Translations under genes and position numbers: made by a program
Notes under the pieces: generated by a model
The model's database searches: none
What the model was told of the DNA's origin: nothing
The model's input: only the letters and a program-made list of their open reading frames with translations
Assembly (NCBI RefSeq): GCF_009914755.1
Contig: NC_060939.1
Reading direction: 5' to 3' (one strand)
Length of the DNA stretch: 64,000 nucleotides
Source of the DNA: the human T2T-CHM13v2.0 reference genome, Homo sapiens
Part shown: positions 59,427-64,000 of the stretch, piece by piece
Position numbering within the stretch: the stretch's first letter is position 1
How the letters are laid out: every line of letters begins with the position of its first letter

Positions 59427-64000
<4,574 letters not shown>

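Overview
Primate (human-like) genomic DNA. The window holds the 3' half of RFX7 on the minus strand: five coding exons (29112-28996, 27693-27609, 27006-26799, 23816-23521, and a 3276-nt terminal coding exon 22053-18778) plus a long AT-rich 3' UTR. Positions 1 to ~13 kb are repeat-rich downstream flank. Positions 29113-64000 are part of one large intron filled with L1, Alu, LTR and SVA insertions. No prokaryotic-type systems are present, and almost all small ORFs in the track are Alu/L1/SVA by-products. Most notable observations: (1) a minor-spliceosome AT-AC (U12) intron that splits the RFX winged-helix domain; (2) a full-length SVA carrying a ~700-bp 3' transduction (MER5 + older Alu + MIR), bounded by a 15-bp TSD and nested in an internally deleted L1; (3) a target site present three times, implying two insertions at one nick; (4) templated/fold-back repair scars inside an old L1; (5) short linear motifs in the disordered RFX7 tail; (6) a MaLR LTR poly(A) signal co-oriented with RFX7. 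I do not see a wholly new biological system. Repeat subfamily calls and most repeat boundaries are by eye and approximate.
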